Sequence record: AH001320.2
Origin: a phage
DNA: 232 nt
Strand: one strand, 5' to 3'
Shown: in pieces, positions 1-232 of the stretch
How positions within the stretch are numbered: position 1 is the first letter of the stretch
Layout: each line of letters opens with the position of its first letter
Position numbers and translations under genes: made by a program
Notes under the pieces: generated by a model
The model's database searches: none
What the model saw: only the letters and a program-made list of their open reading frames with translations
Told to the model about the DNA's origin: nothing

Positions 1-1
1 G

Positions 2-64
2 TTGACTGTAGCGGCTGATGTTGAACTGGATGCATTGATTCACTTGAAGTACGAAAAAAACCGG
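2..64 (+). CDS. Possible internal fragment of a protein-coding gene, product unknown, partial at both ends
   Basis: Frame starting at base 2 is stop-free for 21 codons (LTVAADVELDALIHLKYEKNR). G is enriched at codon position 1 (9 of 21), including a run of GNN codons gta-gcg-gct-gat-gtt-gaa. The other two + frames have stops (TGA at 3-5 and 16-18). Two minus-strand frames are also open, so strand and frame are not secure. No start or stop codon is visible. Confidence 0.3.
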
Positions 65-164
65 NNNNNNNNNNNNNNNNNNNNNNNNNNNNNNNNNNNN
101 NNNNNNNNNNNNNNNNNNNNNNNNNNNNNNNNNNNNNNNNNNNNNNNNNNNNNNNNNNNNNNNN
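65..164. other. Assembly/scaffold gap: 100 consecutive unresolved bases (N)
   Basis: Seen directly: uninterrupted run of exactly 100 N. A round length of 100 is the usual placeholder for a gap of unknown size, so the real distance and content between the flanks are unknown. Confidence 0.97.
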
Positions 165-166
165 AT

Positions 167-232
167 CGTGAAACGCTTTCGCGTTTTTCGTGCGCCGCTT
201 CACTGGAAGTCGCCGCGCCACTGGTGGTGGCC
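167..232 (+). CDS. Possible internal fragment of a protein-coding gene, product unknown, partial at both ends
   Basis: Frame starting at base 167 is stop-free for 22 codons (RETLSRFSCAASLEVAAPLVVA). The 3' half (ctg gaa gtc gcc gcg cca ctg gtg gtg gcc) uses codons typical of highly used codons in GC-rich Proteobacteria. + frame from 166 has TGA at 169-171. A minus-strand frame (ATTSGAATSSEAAHEKRESVSR) is also open and plausible, so strand is uncertain. Confidence 0.25.
171..186. repeat. Short inverted repeat AAACGC-TTTC-GCGTTT (6-bp stem, 4-nt loop); potential small RNA hairpin, function unknown
   Basis: Seen directly: 171-176 aaacgc is the exact reverse complement of 181-186 gcgttt, separated by tttc (177-180). 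On the + strand the stem is followed by two more T (run of five T, 184-188). On the minus strand the loop reads GAAA, a GNRA-type tetraloop. The stem is short and half A/T, so predicted stability is low. Confidence 0.5.

Noticed and set aside
2-7. TTGACT, a 5-of-6 match to the sigma70 -35 consensus TTGACA
   Set aside because: No acceptable -10 hexamer (TATAAT-like) lies 16-18 bp downstream; positions 24-31 read aactggat. A lone -35-like hexamer is expected by chance.
201-224. Direct repeat of the hexamer cactgg at 201-206 and 219-224
   Set aside because: A repeated 6-mer within 68 nt is roughly as likely as not by chance, and the flanking bases do not extend the match.
220-227. ACTGGTGG, a 7-of-8 match to the Chi recombination hotspot GCTGGTGG
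   Set aside because: Chi activity depends on the exact octamer in E. coli-type RecBCD; the first base differs, and a 7-of-8 match in GC-rich sequence is unremarkable.
222-230. (TGG)3 trinucleotide run tggtggtgg
   Set aside because: Only three units; in the preferred reading frame it is simply ctg-gtg-gtg (Leu-Val-Val). Too short to call a microsatellite or slippage site.
41-232. Short words (cttgaagt at 43-50, gtggtggcc at 224-232) that resemble, from memory, part of the ColE1/pMB1 origin region
   Set aside because: In the plasmid origin these words are contiguous; here they are 170 nt apart on opposite sides of the gap and nothing else matches. The comparison is from recall, not a search, so I treat it as coincidence.
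2-232. Apparent frame continuity between the left (+2) and right (from 167) candidate reading frames across the gap
   Set aside because: Both frames are congruent modulo 3 only if the gap is exactly 100 nt, and 100 N is a conventional placeholder, so this carries no information.
1-232. tRNA, rRNA, CRISPR repeat-spacer or insertion-sequence terminal inverted repeats
   Set aside because: No T-loop motif (GTTCNANNC) or cloverleaf-compatible arms, no direct repeat of 20 nt or more, and no terminal inverted repeats are present in the resolved bases.

Overview
Only 132 of the 232 bases are resolved: 1-64 and 165-232 flank a run of exactly 100 N (65-164), which is almost certainly an assembly gap placeholder. 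The two flanks may not be truly adjacent or 100 bp apart. Both flanks have stop-free frames with coding-like codon structure, most plausibly + strand (2-64 and 167-232), but at about 21 codons each this is weak evidence and no product can be named. The only structural elements visible are a small inverted repeat at 171-186 and a near-identical 12-mer on both sides of the gap. I see no start or stop context, no RNA gene, no CRISPR repeats and no mobile-element termini. I cannot support a claim of a novel biological system from this window; the most useful next step is to close the gap.
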